Assembly: GCA_965232515.1 (NCBI GenBank)
Contig: CBDDPY010000002.1
Span: 544,001 to 608,000 of the forward strand
Direction: 5' to 3'
DNA from: Alphaproteobacteria bacterium
GTDB lineage: Bacteria; Pseudomonadota; Alphaproteobacteria; GCA-2731375
DNA length: 64,000 nucleotides
In this document: positions 28,283-38,367 of the stretch, in pieces
How the letters are laid out: each line of letters begins with the position of its first letter
How positions within the stretch are numbered: position 1 is the stretch's first letter
Translations under genes and position numbers: made by a program
The notes under the pieces: model-generated
Told to the model about the DNA's origin: nothing
Databases searched by the model: none
What the model saw: only the letters and a program-made list of their open reading frames with translations

Positions 28283-29365
28283 ATGTCCGTTCGCTCGTAC
28301 TTTTCCGAAACTTATGCCGACGCGCGCGCCAAATTCGTCGCGGCTTGCGCCGACGCTGGCCTCGAGATGGAGAGCCATCGCCATCCGCTGACCGGGCCGG
28401 ATGACGGGCCGCTGTTCGTCGATGTGGTGCGCATGGGGCCGGCAGACGCGACAAAGCTGTTGCTGACGGTCTCGGCCACGCACGGGGTCGAGGGCTTTTG
28501 CGGTTCGGGGTGCCAGATCGGCTGGCTCAAGGAAGAGCTCTGGCGTGAGTTGCCGGGCGGCGTCGGCATGCTGATGGTGCATGCCATCAACCCCTACGGC
28601 TTTGCCTGGATCCGGCGGGTCAACGAGGACAATGTCGATCTGAACCGCAACTTCGTCGACCATGACGCCGCGCCGGCGGACAATCCGGGCTATCGCGAGC
28701 TGGCCGATACGCTGTGCCCGGCCGAGTGGGATGAGGCCTCGGCGAAGCTGACGCGCATCGCCTCGCAGGCCTTCATCGATCGGCACGGGGACCGGGCGTT
28801 CGTGGCGGCCGTCAGCAGCGGTCAGTACAGCCACGCCGACGGGATCTTCTACGGCGGAAGCAATCCGGTCTGGTCGAACCGGCTGATGCACGAGATCTGC
28901 AAGCGCGAGTTGGCCGACGTTCGGCGACTGGCGGTGATCGACTTCCACACCGGCCTCGGCCCCTATGGCTACGGCGAGCTGATCTGCCGGCATCCGCCCG
29001 ACAGCGATGCGCTGGCCCGGGCGCGGCGCTGGTACGGCGACTCCGTCACCTCACCCAGCATGGGCCAGTCGGCCTCGCCGGTGATTGACGGCAACCTGCG
29101 CATGGCCCCCGTCGGCTGGCTGCCGGATACGCAGGTCACCTCGACAGCGATCGAGTACGGCACCTATCCGGAAGACCGGGTGTTCGACGCCATCCGCGCC
29201 GACAACTGGCTGCACCTGCACGGCGACCTGACGACGCCGAAGGGCCGGGCGATCAAGGCGGAGATGCGCGAGATGTTCTATCCGGCCGCCGACGACTGGA
29301 AGGAAATGGTCTGGGAACGCGCGGTGCAGGTGCAGCGCCAGGCCCTGCGCGGCCTGGCCGGTTAG
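28283..29365 (+). CDS. DUF2817 / M14-like metallohydrolase
   Basis: [55 protein letters not shown]. Confidence 0.88.
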   Translation: MSVRSYFSETYADARAKFVAACADAGLEMESHRHPLTGPDDGPLFVDVVRMGPADATKLLLTVSATHGVEGFCGSGCQIGWLKEELWRELPGGVGMLMVHAINPYGFAWIRRVNEDNVDLNRNFVDHDAAPADNPGYRELADTLCPAEWDEASAKLTRIASQAFIDRHGDRAFVAAVSSGQYSHADGIFYGGSNPVWSNRLMHEICKRELADVRRLAVIDFHTGLGPYGYGELICRHPPDSDALARARRWYGDSVTSPSMGQSASPVIDGNLRMAPVGWLPDTQVTSTAIEYGTYPEDRVFDAIRADNWLHLHGDLTTPKGRAIKAEMREMFYPAADDWKEMVWERAVQVQRQALRGLAG

Positions 29366-30132
29366 GGCACGAACTGTTCGTTGAGGATGCGTTCTTCCAG
29401 GCTGTGCTCGGCGTCGAACAGCATGTAGAGGTCGATGGAATCGTCTTCGACGACGCTGACCGACATCACGTCGCGGAACTCGGTGTTGTCGGCGACGGCG
29501 CTCACCGGCCGCTTGCGGCCCTCCAGGATCTCGAAATGCACCTTGGCGCTGCGCGGCAGCAGGGCGCCGCGCCAGCGCCGGGGACGGAAAGCGCTGATCG
29601 GCGTCAATGCCAGGGTGCCGGCGTCGAGCGGGATGATGGGCCCATGCGCCGACAGGTTGTAGGCCGAACTGCCGGCCGGGGTCGCCACCAGCACGCCGTC
29701 GCAGATCAGCTCGGGCATGCGGACTTTGCCGTCGATTGAGATCTCGATCTTGGCGGCCTGTCGGGTTTCCCGGAACACCGAAACCTCGTTGATGGCCAGC
29801 GCCTCGTGATGCCGGCCCTCCTTGTCCTCGACCGCCATGCGCAAGGGGTGCAGGACTGTGCATTTGGCCTCGTCAAGCCGTTCGAGCAGGCCGCCGATGC
29901 GGAACTTGTTCATCAGGAAGCCGATGGTGCCGCGGTTCATGCCGTAGATCGGCTTCTTCAGCGACATGAACTCGTGCAGGGTCTTCAGCATGAAACCGTC
30001 GCCGCCCAGCGCGACGATCACATCGGCTTGCTCGGGCTGGACGTCCGGATAACGGTTGCGCAGGCTTTCCAGAGCCTCCTCGGACTGCGGCGAGCCGCTG
30101 GCGACGAAGGCGATCTTTCGTTGTTCTGACAC
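29362..30132 (-). CDS. nadK: NAD kinase
   Basis: [41 protein letters not shown]. Confidence 0.95.
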   Translation of the reverse strand: MSEQRKIAFVASGSPQSEEALESLRNRYPDVQPEQADVIVALGGDGFMLKTLHEFMSLKKPIYGMNRGTIGFLMNKFRIGGLLERLDEAKCTVLHPLRMAVEDKEGRHHEALAINEVSVFRETRQAAKIEISIDGKVRMPELICDGVLVATPAGSSAYNLSAHGPIIPLDAGTLALTPISAFRPRRWRGALLPRSAKVHFEILEGRKRPVSAVADNTEFRDVMSVSVVEDDSIDLYMLFDAEHSLEERILNEQFVP

Positions 30133-30271
30133 GTATTCCCCCGAAGACTAGAAACGACACCCCTGCCGCCGTCGCAGTATAGCCAACCCGTTCAATGCCG
30201 TCAGGCCAGCGTGGCGTGATAGCTTGGGCGTCGCCATAATGGCCGTTCACGCGTCGCCGAGGGTAAGTCAC

Positions 30272-30760
30272 ATGATCATTTCCACTGATTTGCGCCGGGC
30301 CGCCGGCATCGCTCTGCTGATGGCCGCGATCTGGCCGGCCGCTGCCGTCGCCGAGGACCGGCATGCCGGCTATTACTACCCCGATATCATGTCCGAAGAG
30401 ACGTATCGCGCCCGCGCGCAGACCATGCCGGACGCGGACAGGGAAGTCCGCCTTGGATTCGTCAGCGCCCATACGGCCGAGCAGATGGGGCGCGATTATC
30501 CGCCGCGTTATGCGCTCTTTGCCAAAGGAGAGGACGCCGAAAAACTGATAATCGTCGGCCTGGACGACAGTTTCTCGACTTTGTTTCGGGCCCGCGGCGT
30601 CCTGGCCCAGCTAACGGCGCAGGCGCGGACCACGACACTGTTTCGCAACCTCGCGGTGGAGGACTTCTTCACCTTTTTCGATCTCGCCAAGATGCTGGGC
30701 TTTGAGCAAATCACCGTCACGGACGGCAACGACTACGCGCACCGCATCGATATCGAGTGA
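30272..30760 (+). CDS. Conserved secreted alphaproteobacterial hypothetical protein
   Basis: Signal peptide; DRHAGYYYP, FAKGEDAEKLII, TLFRARGVLAQLT, TFFDLAKMLGF. Confidence 0.75.
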   Translation: MIISTDLRRAAGIALLMAAIWPAAAVAEDRHAGYYYPDIMSEETYRARAQTMPDADREVRLGFVSAHTAEQMGRDYPPRYALFAKGEDAEKLIIVGLDDSFSTLFRARGVLAQLTAQARTTTLFRNLAVEDFFTFFDLAKMLGFEQITVTDGNDYAHRIDIE

Positions 30761-30767
30761 CGATGAT

Positions 30768-31754
30768 TTAGCCGCCGGTCACGCTCATATGACGGGAGAC
30801 GGCGGGCTGGTTGCGGCGGCGGTCGATGATGAAATCGTGACCCTTTGGCTTGCGTGAAATGGCTTCGTCGATCGCATCGGCCAAGACCGCGTCGTCGCCT
30901 GTCCGTAGCGGTTCCCTGAGGTCGGCGGCGTCGTCCTGCCCGAGGCACATATAGAGCGTGCCGGTACAGGTCAGGCGCACACGGTTGCAGGATTCACAGA
31001 AATTGTGGGTCATGGGGGTGATGAAGCCGAGCCGCCGCCCGGTCTCGCGAACGCGAACATAGCGCGCCGGACCGCCGGTCTGGTAATCGATATCTTCCAG
31101 CATCCAGTGTTCCATCAGCCGGCTGCGGACGAGCGACAACGGCAGATACTGGTCCGTCCGATCACCGTCGATATCGCCAAGGGGCATCGTCTCGATCAGG
31201 GTCAGATCGAGGCCTTCGTCGCCGCACCAGCGGATCATGTGATCGATTTCGTGCTCGTTCACATCCTTCAGCGCCACGGCATTGATCTTAACCGCCAGGC
31301 CGGCGGATTGCGCGGCGCGGATGCCGGCCATGACCTTGTCGAGCTTGCCCCAGCGGGTGATGGCCAGGAATTTGTCGGGGTCGAGCGTGTCGAGAGAGAC
31401 GTTCACCCGGCGCACGCCGCAATCGTAGAGTTCCTCGGCAAACCGGGAGAGTTGACTGCCGTTCGTGGTGAGCGTCAGCTCGTCCAGGTCGCCGGACTGT
31501 AGATGCCGGCCAAGCTGGCGGAACAGCCACATAATGTCTCGCCGCACCAACGGCTCGCCACCGGTCAGCCGCAGCTTGCGGACACCCTTGGCGACAAAGG
31601 CGCTGCACAACCGGTCCAGCTCCTCGAGGCTCAAGACGTCTTTCTTCGGTAGAAACGTCATGTCTTCCGCCATGCAGTAGACGCAACGGAAGTCGCAGCG
31701 GTCCGTGACGGACACGCGCAGATAGGAGATGTGACGCCCAAATGGATCGATCAT
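30768..31754 (-). CDS. moaA: GTP 3',8-cyclase MoaA
   Basis: [18 protein letters not shown] radical SAM motif, [18 protein letters not shown]-terminal GG. Confidence 0.97.
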   Translation of the reverse strand: MIDPFGRHISYLRVSVTDRCDFRCVYCMAEDMTFLPKKDVLSLEELDRLCSAFVAKGVRKLRLTGGEPLVRRDIMWLFRQLGRHLQSGDLDELTLTTNGSQLSRFAEELYDCGVRRVNVSLDTLDPDKFLAITRWGKLDKVMAGIRAAQSAGLAVKINAVALKDVNEHEIDHMIRWCGDEGLDLTLIETMPLGDIDGDRTDQYLPLSLVRSRLMEHWMLEDIDYQTGGPARYVRVRETGRRLGFITPMTHNFCESCNRVRLTCTGTLYMCLGQDDAADLREPLRTGDDAVLADAIDEAISRKPKGHDFIIDRRRNQPAVSRHMSVTGG

Positions 31755-31899
31755 TTGCCTGTATCACCCCACGTCCACGATCAGATGCCGCGGATCAAAC
31801 TGCGTTTTCAGGCAATATAACGATGCCGGGGCGAAATTTCGCCCCTAACCGACAAAGGGATATTGAGGATTGGTCCCGGTCTGCGGGGCGAGACTATGG

Positions 31900-33054
31900 T
31901 TAACGGTCTTCGAACAGCTCGCGCAGCGCGGCCAGATAGTCGGGATCGCGCAGCCATTTGCGCAGCACCAGCTGGGCGTCGTCGGCGCTGATGCGGTCAT
32001 AGAACTCAACCAGCCGCCGAATGTCCTCGTCGGTCGGATCGTCAAGTTTCGGACGCGATTTACGGGTCAGGCGATACATCGACACGAACACGGCCCGGTC
32101 GACGCCGATGGCACGGCAGGCCACGGCCAGGCCCTCGCCGCCCGGTTCGTAGATGATCCGCCGCGTCAGCCGGATCCGCAATCCGGTCAGCTTGGCGATC
32201 GACAGCTCGAACAGGGTGATCTGACCCTGGCTGAGCGATTTGACAGCGAACCTGGGGCTCAGCTCGCCGGCGTCGTAAAGCTTGTCGATGAGCTTTTGGG
32301 CAGCCGTATCGACAACGTCGTCGTCGGTCGATTGGTCGCCGTCGGACTTGGTGATTTCTCCCACGGTCTGGGCGATTTCGTCGTCCAGGTCATGCACGTC
32401 GATATCGAAATTCTCGACGATGTGCATGCGTAGGGCCGCGGACACCCAGTTGCACATTTTCGCCGCCAGCCGGTTCGGCAGGTCCTGGCGCTTGACCAGT
32501 GGGTTCTGATAGCGGTCGACCCGCCGCGATTCCTCGACCAAATGCTCCATGACCGTGGCGGAAATCTGCGCATCGGGGTTGTTCAGCAGCGTGACGATGA
32601 CGTCTTCGCTGCCGTTGTCGACCAGGGCCCCGCTGACGTCCTCGCTGATATCCTTGCGCACGGCCACGGCGAGCTGGTGTTGTGAGGTGCGGTGACGAAT
32701 GACCTCGATCAGCTCGGCGTCGCGGATGATCGGGCTTTCGACCAGGATGTCGTGGGCCACCTCGATCCGGTCGTTGGCCAGCATGACCATCAGGTCGTAA
32801 GGCGCGTCCGTGCGCTTGGCGAGACGGGAGGCCAGCTTCTTACGCACCGACATTTCGACCTCGCGGCTCAGTTGCCGCAAGATCTCGAGCATCAATTCAC
32901 GCTCGCGCTCGTCGAGCTCCTCACCCCGACGCTCGAACAAATCGCTTATGGCGTCGTAGAGCGACGCGCGGCCCGATTTGGTCTTTTCCCGCGCGAGCTC
33001 GAAAAGCCGGCGTGCTTCGTCGTCAACGGGCCTGAAAGACTGTTCTACATACAT
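31900..33054 (-). CDS. DUF2336 domain protein
   Basis: LANDRIEVAHDILVESP, HQLAVAVR, LLNNPDAQIS, PLVKRQDLP, WVSAALR. Confidence 0.88.
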   Translation of the reverse strand: MYVEQSFRPVDDEARRLFELAREKTKSGRASLYDAISDLFERRGEELDERERELMLEILRQLSREVEMSVRKKLASRLAKRTDAPYDLMVMLANDRIEVAHDILVESPIIRDAELIEVIRHRTSQHQLAVAVRKDISEDVSGALVDNGSEDVIVTLLNNPDAQISATVMEHLVEESRRVDRYQNPLVKRQDLPNRLAAKMCNWVSAALRMHIVENFDIDVHDLDDEIAQTVGEITKSDGDQSTDDDVVDTAAQKLIDKLYDAGELSPRFAVKSLSQGQITLFELSIAKLTGLRIRLTRRIIYEPGGEGLAVACRAIGVDRAVFVSMYRLTRKSRPKLDDPTDEDIRRLVEFYDRISADDAQLVLRKWLRDPDYLAALRELFEDR

Positions 33055-33243
33055 CGGACGTCCAAGACGGCAGGCGGTGCGGCACGCGTCGCTTTCCGCC
33101 GTTTATTGCGGGCCCGGACGGTGGTTCGAGACCGGATCGGCGGTTGCGCAGATTGAGTTTCGTGGCCGAGTGCTTAAAGAACCGTGAAAATTGTTTGATT
33201 CGTTAACCAATCAACGTTCGCGTCATTCGCGGCCGCTTGCCGG

Positions 33244-34287
33244 TCAAACCGTGGCGATGGGATTGGCGGGCGAACCGACGGCCCCCGGAAGCCTCAGCGG
33301 CGGCGCCGTCAGCAGGAACCGGTTGCGGCCGTTGGCCCGCAGCCAGGCCGCGAATTCGCTCAAGTACCAGATCTCACCCAAGGGGATCCCCAGCTTGAAC
33401 AGGCAGTGCTCGTGCAGGGGCAGCATCGTATGGCAGTCGCCCTCGCCAGGGCTCGAGGGGTGCGCCTCGACCGCGTAATTGTCGGCGATCAGCGCAACAA
33501 CACCGCTGTCGGTGACCCACTGCAGCAGGTCAGGATCCCGTCCATCCAGCGCGGCGCAGGCATTGTGCAGGACATCGACATCCGGCTGGCCGTCCATTTC
33601 CAGGATCCGGTCGGCGAAACCGGTGTGGAAGCAGACCATGTCGCCCTGTTCCACGACGACGTTGTCGGCTTCCATGACGTCTTTGAGATCGGCATAGGTC
33701 ACGAGCTTGCGGTCATCACCGAAATGGGCGCGCAGATCGATCATCACGCCACGGCCCTGGATCGGCTTCGCCGCCATGTTCTCGATGCCGAGCGCCGAGA
33801 CGCCGGAATACTCCTGTCCTGTTGGCCGGTCGCCGTCGTGGAAATCGACCGGGCCGACCACGTGTTCGCCGCCGCGATAGCCGTTGTAGTAGACGACTTC
33901 CGGCTGGCCATCGCCGTCGGCGTCGAAGTATTGGCCGACATGGGCGAGCGAATCCCACTGACTTGAATACTGCGTCCACAGCAACACCGCATCGTCACTA
34001 ATGATATCGGGGTAGGCGGCATCTATCCGGGCGGCGGGGAAATTGATGAAGGGCGTGCCGTCGAGTTCGGTCGGACGCAACACCGGCGCGTAACGCCGTG
34101 GGTTTAAAAGGTTCTTGCCCGGCAGATTCAAGGGCAGGCTGAGGCAGAAGGACAGGCCGTCGCGCACCTCGGCGACACCCTGCTTGACTTTTTCCGGTGT
34201 CAGCAGGTTCAGACGGCCGAGCTGGTCGTCCGGACCGAAGTCGCCCCAGTTGGAACCTTCCGGCCGGTTTTTCCAACGTTCCGACAT
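33244..34287 (-). CDS. Cyclase family (kynurenine formamidase-like) metallohydrolase
   Basis: NWGDFGPDDQLGRLN, QYSSQWDSLAH, GRGVMID, ADNYAVE, LGEIW, PLRLPGAVGSPANP. Confidence 0.9.
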   Translation of the reverse strand: MSERWKNRPEGSNWGDFGPDDQLGRLNLLTPEKVKQGVAEVRDGLSFCLSLPLNLPGKNLLNPRRYAPVLRPTELDGTPFINFPAARIDAAYPDIISDDAVLLWTQYSSQWDSLAHVGQYFDADGDGQPEVVYYNGYRGGEHVVGPVDFHDGDRPTGQEYSGVSALGIENMAAKPIQGRGVMIDLRAHFGDDRKLVTYADLKDVMEADNVVVEQGDMVCFHTGFADRILEMDGQPDVDVLHNACAALDGRDPDLLQWVTDSGVVALIADNYAVEAHPSSPGEGDCHTMLPLHEHCLFKLGIPLGEIWYLSEFAAWLRANGRNRFLLTAPPLRLPGAVGSPANPIATV

Positions 34288-34388
34288 GCCCTTACTCCTT
34301 CTGCCGCAAAGCGTCACCACGGGGGGCGAATGGTAGACCGGGCGGCGCAGGGAGGACCAGGGGCGCGGCAGACGGAAAGTTGCGTTAA

Positions 34389-34430
34389 TTGATCAAAGTC
34401 AATGTTGCCCCTGTGCGGGGGACCTAGGCT
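34389..34430 (+). promoter_or_regulatory. FNR/FixK-type box with class II promoter geometry
   Basis: TTGAT-CAAA-GTCAA (34389-34402); -10-like TAGGCT (34425-34430); box centre is 41.5 bp upstream of 34437. Confidence 0.7.
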
Positions 34431-34436
34431 GACGAT

Positions 34437-34628
34437 CCGGCCAGCATCGTTTCGGCAACTCGATCGCTGCTGACCGGGCCGATCGACAGGTGACCCCAAA
34501 CCCGTCGGTCGAGCGTCCCCTGGCGCTGCATCCCCCTGCTAGCGCCGAGGGCTGTGGTTCCCCATCCACAGCCCTCACACTATTCGGAAATCGGCCGCGA
34601 CGGTTCGCCGTCGCGGCCTTTCTGTTTT
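34437..34628 (+). ncRNA. Candidate small RNA with several hairpins and C-rich loops
   Basis: Hairpins 34437-34477, 34480-34511, 34522-34546, 34547-34576; CCCC tracts; no ATG-initiated ORF; ends in a terminator. Confidence 0.6.
34593..34628 (+). terminator. Intrinsic terminator
   Basis: ggccgcgacgg-TTCG-ccgtcgcggcc followed by tttctgtttt. Confidence 0.85.
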
Positions 34629-34691
34629 GGGCATGATGGGATTGGATGTGACGCCGTTGACAGCCAGGTGGCCGCGTCCTACCAGTGCGCA

Positions 34692-35798
34692 ATGCGCATC
34701 ACCGACATCACCATCAGTCAGCACCGACTGCCGCTCGATCCGGCTTTCAATGCGGCCTGGGACGGCCGGCCCCGCACGCAGTTCGACGCGACCATCGTTC
34801 GGGTCAGCTGCGATAACGGCATGGCGGGGATCGGCTCCGGCGACCTGATGGTCGGTTTCGCGGGCCATGAAGAGCTGTTCATCGGCCGCGATCCGCGCGA
34901 CCTCGAGCGCCATTGGCGCGTGCTGGACAATATTGCCTTTCACTATGGCCGCTGCTGGCCGCTCGACTGCGCGCTTTGGGATCTGGCCGCGAAGATCGAC
35001 GATCAGCCGCTTTATCGACGGCTGGGCGGCGCTGAAAATCGTGTCCGGGCCTACGCCTCCACCGGCACGCTGCGGTCGCCGGAAGAAACGGCCGATGTCG
35101 CCGAACGCCTGCTGGCCGACGGCTTTGGCGCCATGAAGATCCGGTTCCATCGACCGGACTGGCGCGACGATGTCAAGGCGATCGAGCGGGTGCGCGCGCA
35201 GGTGGGCGACCGGATCGAGATCATGGTCGACTGCAATCAGGGCTGGCGCATGCCATGGGACACCGATGATCCCTGGGATGTCGAGATGGCGCTGGAGGTC
35301 GGACGTGTTCTTCAGTCTTTGGGCGTCTATTGGATGGAGGAACCGCTGCATCGCGGCGACTATGTCGGCATGACGTGCCTGCGACAGGAATTGGAGATCC
35401 GGATCGGCGGCGCCGAGATGACGCGCGAGCTGCATGAGCTCGAGACATTGATCGAGCGGGAGTGTCTCGACGTCATGCAGGCGGACGCCGTGCTGACCGG
35501 CGGGATTGGCGGGCTCGCGCGTATCGCCCGGAAGGCCAATGAGGCCGGTATGATCTTCTCGCCGCATACCTGGACCAACGGCGTCGGCGTGCTGGCCAAC
35601 GCCCATCTGGCCGCCGCGTTCGGGCCGCCGCCCTGGCTCGAATTTCCTTTCGATCCGCCGGAGTGGACGCCGGCGCGTCGGGACTACATGCTTAGATCGC
35701 CGCTCGAGGCCGTTGACGGCTGGGTCGTCCTGCCGGACGCGCCCGGTCTCGGCGTCGATCTGGACGAGGAACGGCTGGCAGACACGCGTATCGGCTAG
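34692..35798 (+). CDS. Mandelate racemase/muconate lactonizing enzyme (enolase superfamily) protein
   Basis: DCALWDL, RAYAS, AMKIR, MVDCNQGW, WMEEPL, GGAEM, SPHTW. Confidence 0.9.
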   Translation: MRITDITISQHRLPLDPAFNAAWDGRPRTQFDATIVRVSCDNGMAGIGSGDLMVGFAGHEELFIGRDPRDLERHWRVLDNIAFHYGRCWPLDCALWDLAAKIDDQPLYRRLGGAENRVRAYASTGTLRSPEETADVAERLLADGFGAMKIRFHRPDWRDDVKAIERVRAQVGDRIEIMVDCNQGWRMPWDTDDPWDVEMALEVGRVLQSLGVYWMEEPLHRGDYVGMTCLRQELEIRIGGAEMTRELHELETLIERECLDVMQADAVLTGGIGGLARIARKANEAGMIFSPHTWTNGVGVLANAHLAAAFGPPPWLEFPFDPPEWTPARRDYMLRSPLEAVDGWVVLPDAPGLGVDLDEERLADTRIG

Positions 35799-35827
35799 CC
35801 ACCACAACACAACGGGAGGATGGAAAT

Positions 35828-36124
35828 ATGAGCAATGTCGCTTTGGTCGTCATTCTGGAGACCGTGCCGGAGAAACGGGCCGAGTTTCTCGAGCAACTTA
35901 AGGGCCACGCCCAGCGCAGCTTGGCCAACGAAGAAGGCTGTTTGCAGTTCGACCTGATGCTGCCGCAGGACGCGGACAACCAGGTGCGGATCTACGAGAA
36001 GTATGCCGACGCCGCGGCAGTCGAGGCGCACCGGAACTCGGATCACATGGCGATGTTCCAGGGCATCGCGAAGGACTATGTGACCAATCGGACAATCGTG
36101 ATCTGCGACGTGCAGGACGCCTGA
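35828..36124 (+). CDS. Antibiotic biosynthesis monooxygenase / putative quinol monooxygenase family
   Basis: EEGCLQFD, IYEKYADAAAVEAHRNSDH; GGAGG RBS. Confidence 0.88.
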   Translation: MSNVALVVILETVPEKRAEFLEQLKGHAQRSLANEEGCLQFDLMLPQDADNQVRIYEKYADAAAVEAHRNSDHMAMFQGIAKDYVTNRTIVICDVQDA

Positions 36125-36133
36125 GGCGCCGGC

Positions 36134-37267
36134 ATGCCAACGATTACGTATCTCACGAAGATCCAATTCGATTTTGGCGCGATCGGTCTGATCTCAGAGG
36201 AGCTGGCGGCGCTCGGCGTGCGCCGGCCGCTGGTGGTGACCGACAAGGGCGTCGTGGCGGTCGGCCTGGCGGACCGTCTGGCCGAGCATCTGCCCGAGGG
36301 CGCCAACCTGCCGCGGTTCGACGAGACGCCGGAAAACCCGACCGAGGCGGCCATGGATAAAGCCTTGGCGCTCTATCGCGAGGCCGGCTGCGACGGCGTC
36401 ATTGGTCTGGGCGGCGGCTCGTCGATGGATCTGGCGAAGGCCGTGGCCCTGATGGCGACGCATCCCGGTAACGTCAAGGAGTACATGGCGATCGAAGGCG
36501 GGGTCGCGCGGATCACCGATGCGGTGGCCCCGGTGATCGCCGTGCCGACCACGGCCGGGACCGGCAGCGAGGTCGGCCGCGGTGGCGTGCTGATCCTGAA
36601 CGATGGCCGCAAGCTCGCCATGCTGAGCCCACATCTGCTGCCGAAGGTGGCGATCTGCGACCCGGAACTGACGCTCGGATTGCCGCCGCACCTGACGGCC
36701 GGTACCGGCATGGACGCCTTTGCGCATTGTGTGGAGACCTTCATCTCTCCGCTCGTCAATCCGCCGGCCGAAGGCATCGCCATCGAAGGTTTCCGGCGGG
36801 TCGTGCGTCACATCGAAACGGCGGTCGGCGACGGGCAGAACCGCGACGCGCGCTGGAACCTGATGATGGGCGCGATGATGGGGGCGATGGCCTTTCAGAA
36901 GGGGCTCGGCGCCGTGCACGGCATGTCGCATCCGCTGGGCGCGCTGCAGGACCTGCGGCTGCACCATGGCACGCTGAACGCGGTCTGCCTGCCGGCGGTG
37001 CTGCGCTTCAACGCGGATCACGTGGAAGACAAATATGACCGGCTCCGGCAGGCCTGGAACCTCGACGCCGGCGCCGACTTGCCGGCCGCGGTCGCGGACC
37101 TGAACCAGCGGCTCGGTCTGCCGGCGAACCTGCGGGCGATGGGCGTCAAGGACGAGATGATCCCGCCGTTGGTGCCGCAGGCCATGGCGGACCATACGAC
37201 GGCGACAAATCCACGGCCGCTGAGTGAGGCGGACTATGCGGGTTTGTTTGCGGAAGCGTTGGATTAG
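36134..37267 (+). CDS. Iron-containing alcohol dehydrogenase
   Basis: LVVTDKG, GGGSSMD, PTTAGTGSE, DAFAHCVE, GAVHGMSH, HHGTLNA. Confidence 0.93.
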   Translation: MPTITYLTKIQFDFGAIGLISEELAALGVRRPLVVTDKGVVAVGLADRLAEHLPEGANLPRFDETPENPTEAAMDKALALYREAGCDGVIGLGGGSSMDLAKAVALMATHPGNVKEYMAIEGGVARITDAVAPVIAVPTTAGTGSEVGRGGVLILNDGRKLAMLSPHLLPKVAICDPELTLGLPPHLTAGTGMDAFAHCVETFISPLVNPPAEGIAIEGFRRVVRHIETAVGDGQNRDARWNLMMGAMMGAMAFQKGLGAVHGMSHPLGALQDLRLHHGTLNAVCLPAVLRFNADHVEDKYDRLRQAWNLDAGADLPAAVADLNQRLGLPANLRAMGVKDEMIPPLVPQAMADHTTATNPRPLSEADYAGLFAEALD

Positions 37268-37293
37268 CGTCAAATGAAGTCGCGCACGCGCCG

Positions 37294-38163
37294 CTAATCG
37301 GCCTCCGAGGCGGCGCGCGCCGACAGCGTGTCAAAGAACTCATTGAACTCGAGCACCTTGCCGCCCCGCATGCGAAAGACGTCGGCCTTCTCAGTGCGCG
37401 CGATCTTGCCAGTCTTGCGATGTCGGAAGGCGACATCGGCGTGCACCGCGACCAGATCATGCTGGGCGACCATCTCGAGCGTATCGTACGTCACGAGCGA
37501 ATAATCGACGGCGATACGGCCTAAGCTTTCGATGACCGCGGTCCGTCCCTGACTTGGACCGGCAAAGCGGAAGTCCTTGACCGACGCCACCGAGTTATAG
37601 CTGGCGTCGTCCGCGAACATGTTGAGGAGGGGGTTGACGTCGTGTTCTCTATAGGACGCGTAGGCGTCGGCAAGCATGCGCTTGTTCCGTTCCGCCTCGG
37701 CCGCGTCGTTGATAATGGCCTTGTTTGCCATGTTCATGAGCGCGCAGGCCGGCACGCCATGGCCAGCCTGCCAGTCGTGGGCGCCGGCGCTGTCGAAGAA
37801 CTGCACGTATTCGCGGATTTTTCCGTCATGAAAGCGCACGAAATCAGCGAGGTGTAGGACCGCCTCGTTGCCGCTGGCTCGGTGACGAATACGTCCGCCC
37901 GTTATCGAAAACACCGTGTCGCCCTCGGCAATTGTCTCCAGGTTGCGGAAGGTTAGCCATTCATAGTCCTCGACGATCAGCGCGATGACCGCGCGTGCGC
38001 CGTCGGGACCGCGATGCGGCTTGGCGAATGGATATGCTTCCTGCGGCACCACGTGACGGAGCTCGCCGTCTGGTGCGAACAATTCACAAAGAGGTTCGGC
38101 GTTTCCTTCGCCATAGGCCGAATAGACCGCAATCATCTTTTCGATATTGGTCTGCGTACTCAT
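37294..38163 (-). CDS. Tandem SnoaL/NTF2-like domain protein
   Basis: Two NTF2-like repeats ending RFHDGKIREYVQFFDS and RMRGGKVLEFNEFFDT. Confidence 0.85.
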   Translation of the reverse strand: MSTQTNIEKMIAVYSAYGEGNAEPLCELFAPDGELRHVVPQEAYPFAKPHRGPDGARAVIALIVEDYEWLTFRNLETIAEGDTVFSITGGRIRHRASGNEAVLHLADFVRFHDGKIREYVQFFDSAGAHDWQAGHGVPACALMNMANKAIINDAAEAERNKRMLADAYASYREHDVNPLLNMFADDASYNSVASVKDFRFAGPSQGRTAVIESLGRIAVDYSLVTYDTLEMVAQHDLVAVHADVAFRHRKTGKIARTEKADVFRMRGGKVLEFNEFFDTLSARAASEAD

Positions 38164-38367
38164 TCAGCGTCTCCTATTGCCTGGAGGCTTCCCCGAGAGA
38201 GTCTGCATTTATGGGAATCGATATTGCGATTCACTGCCCTCTTAGGCGCGAGCATTCCACAGGCATCGCGAGCCCGCACCCAATTTCTTGTGGCAAGCTA
38301 GCGAGACCATTGTCGTCGTCTTTGCCGACTTGCGCCGGCGGGACGGTATCAGAGCCTGGGCATGGCC

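Noticed and set aside
30272-30760. MobA because it neighbours moaA
   Set aside because: It has a signal peptide and lacks the LAGG nucleotidyltransferase motif.
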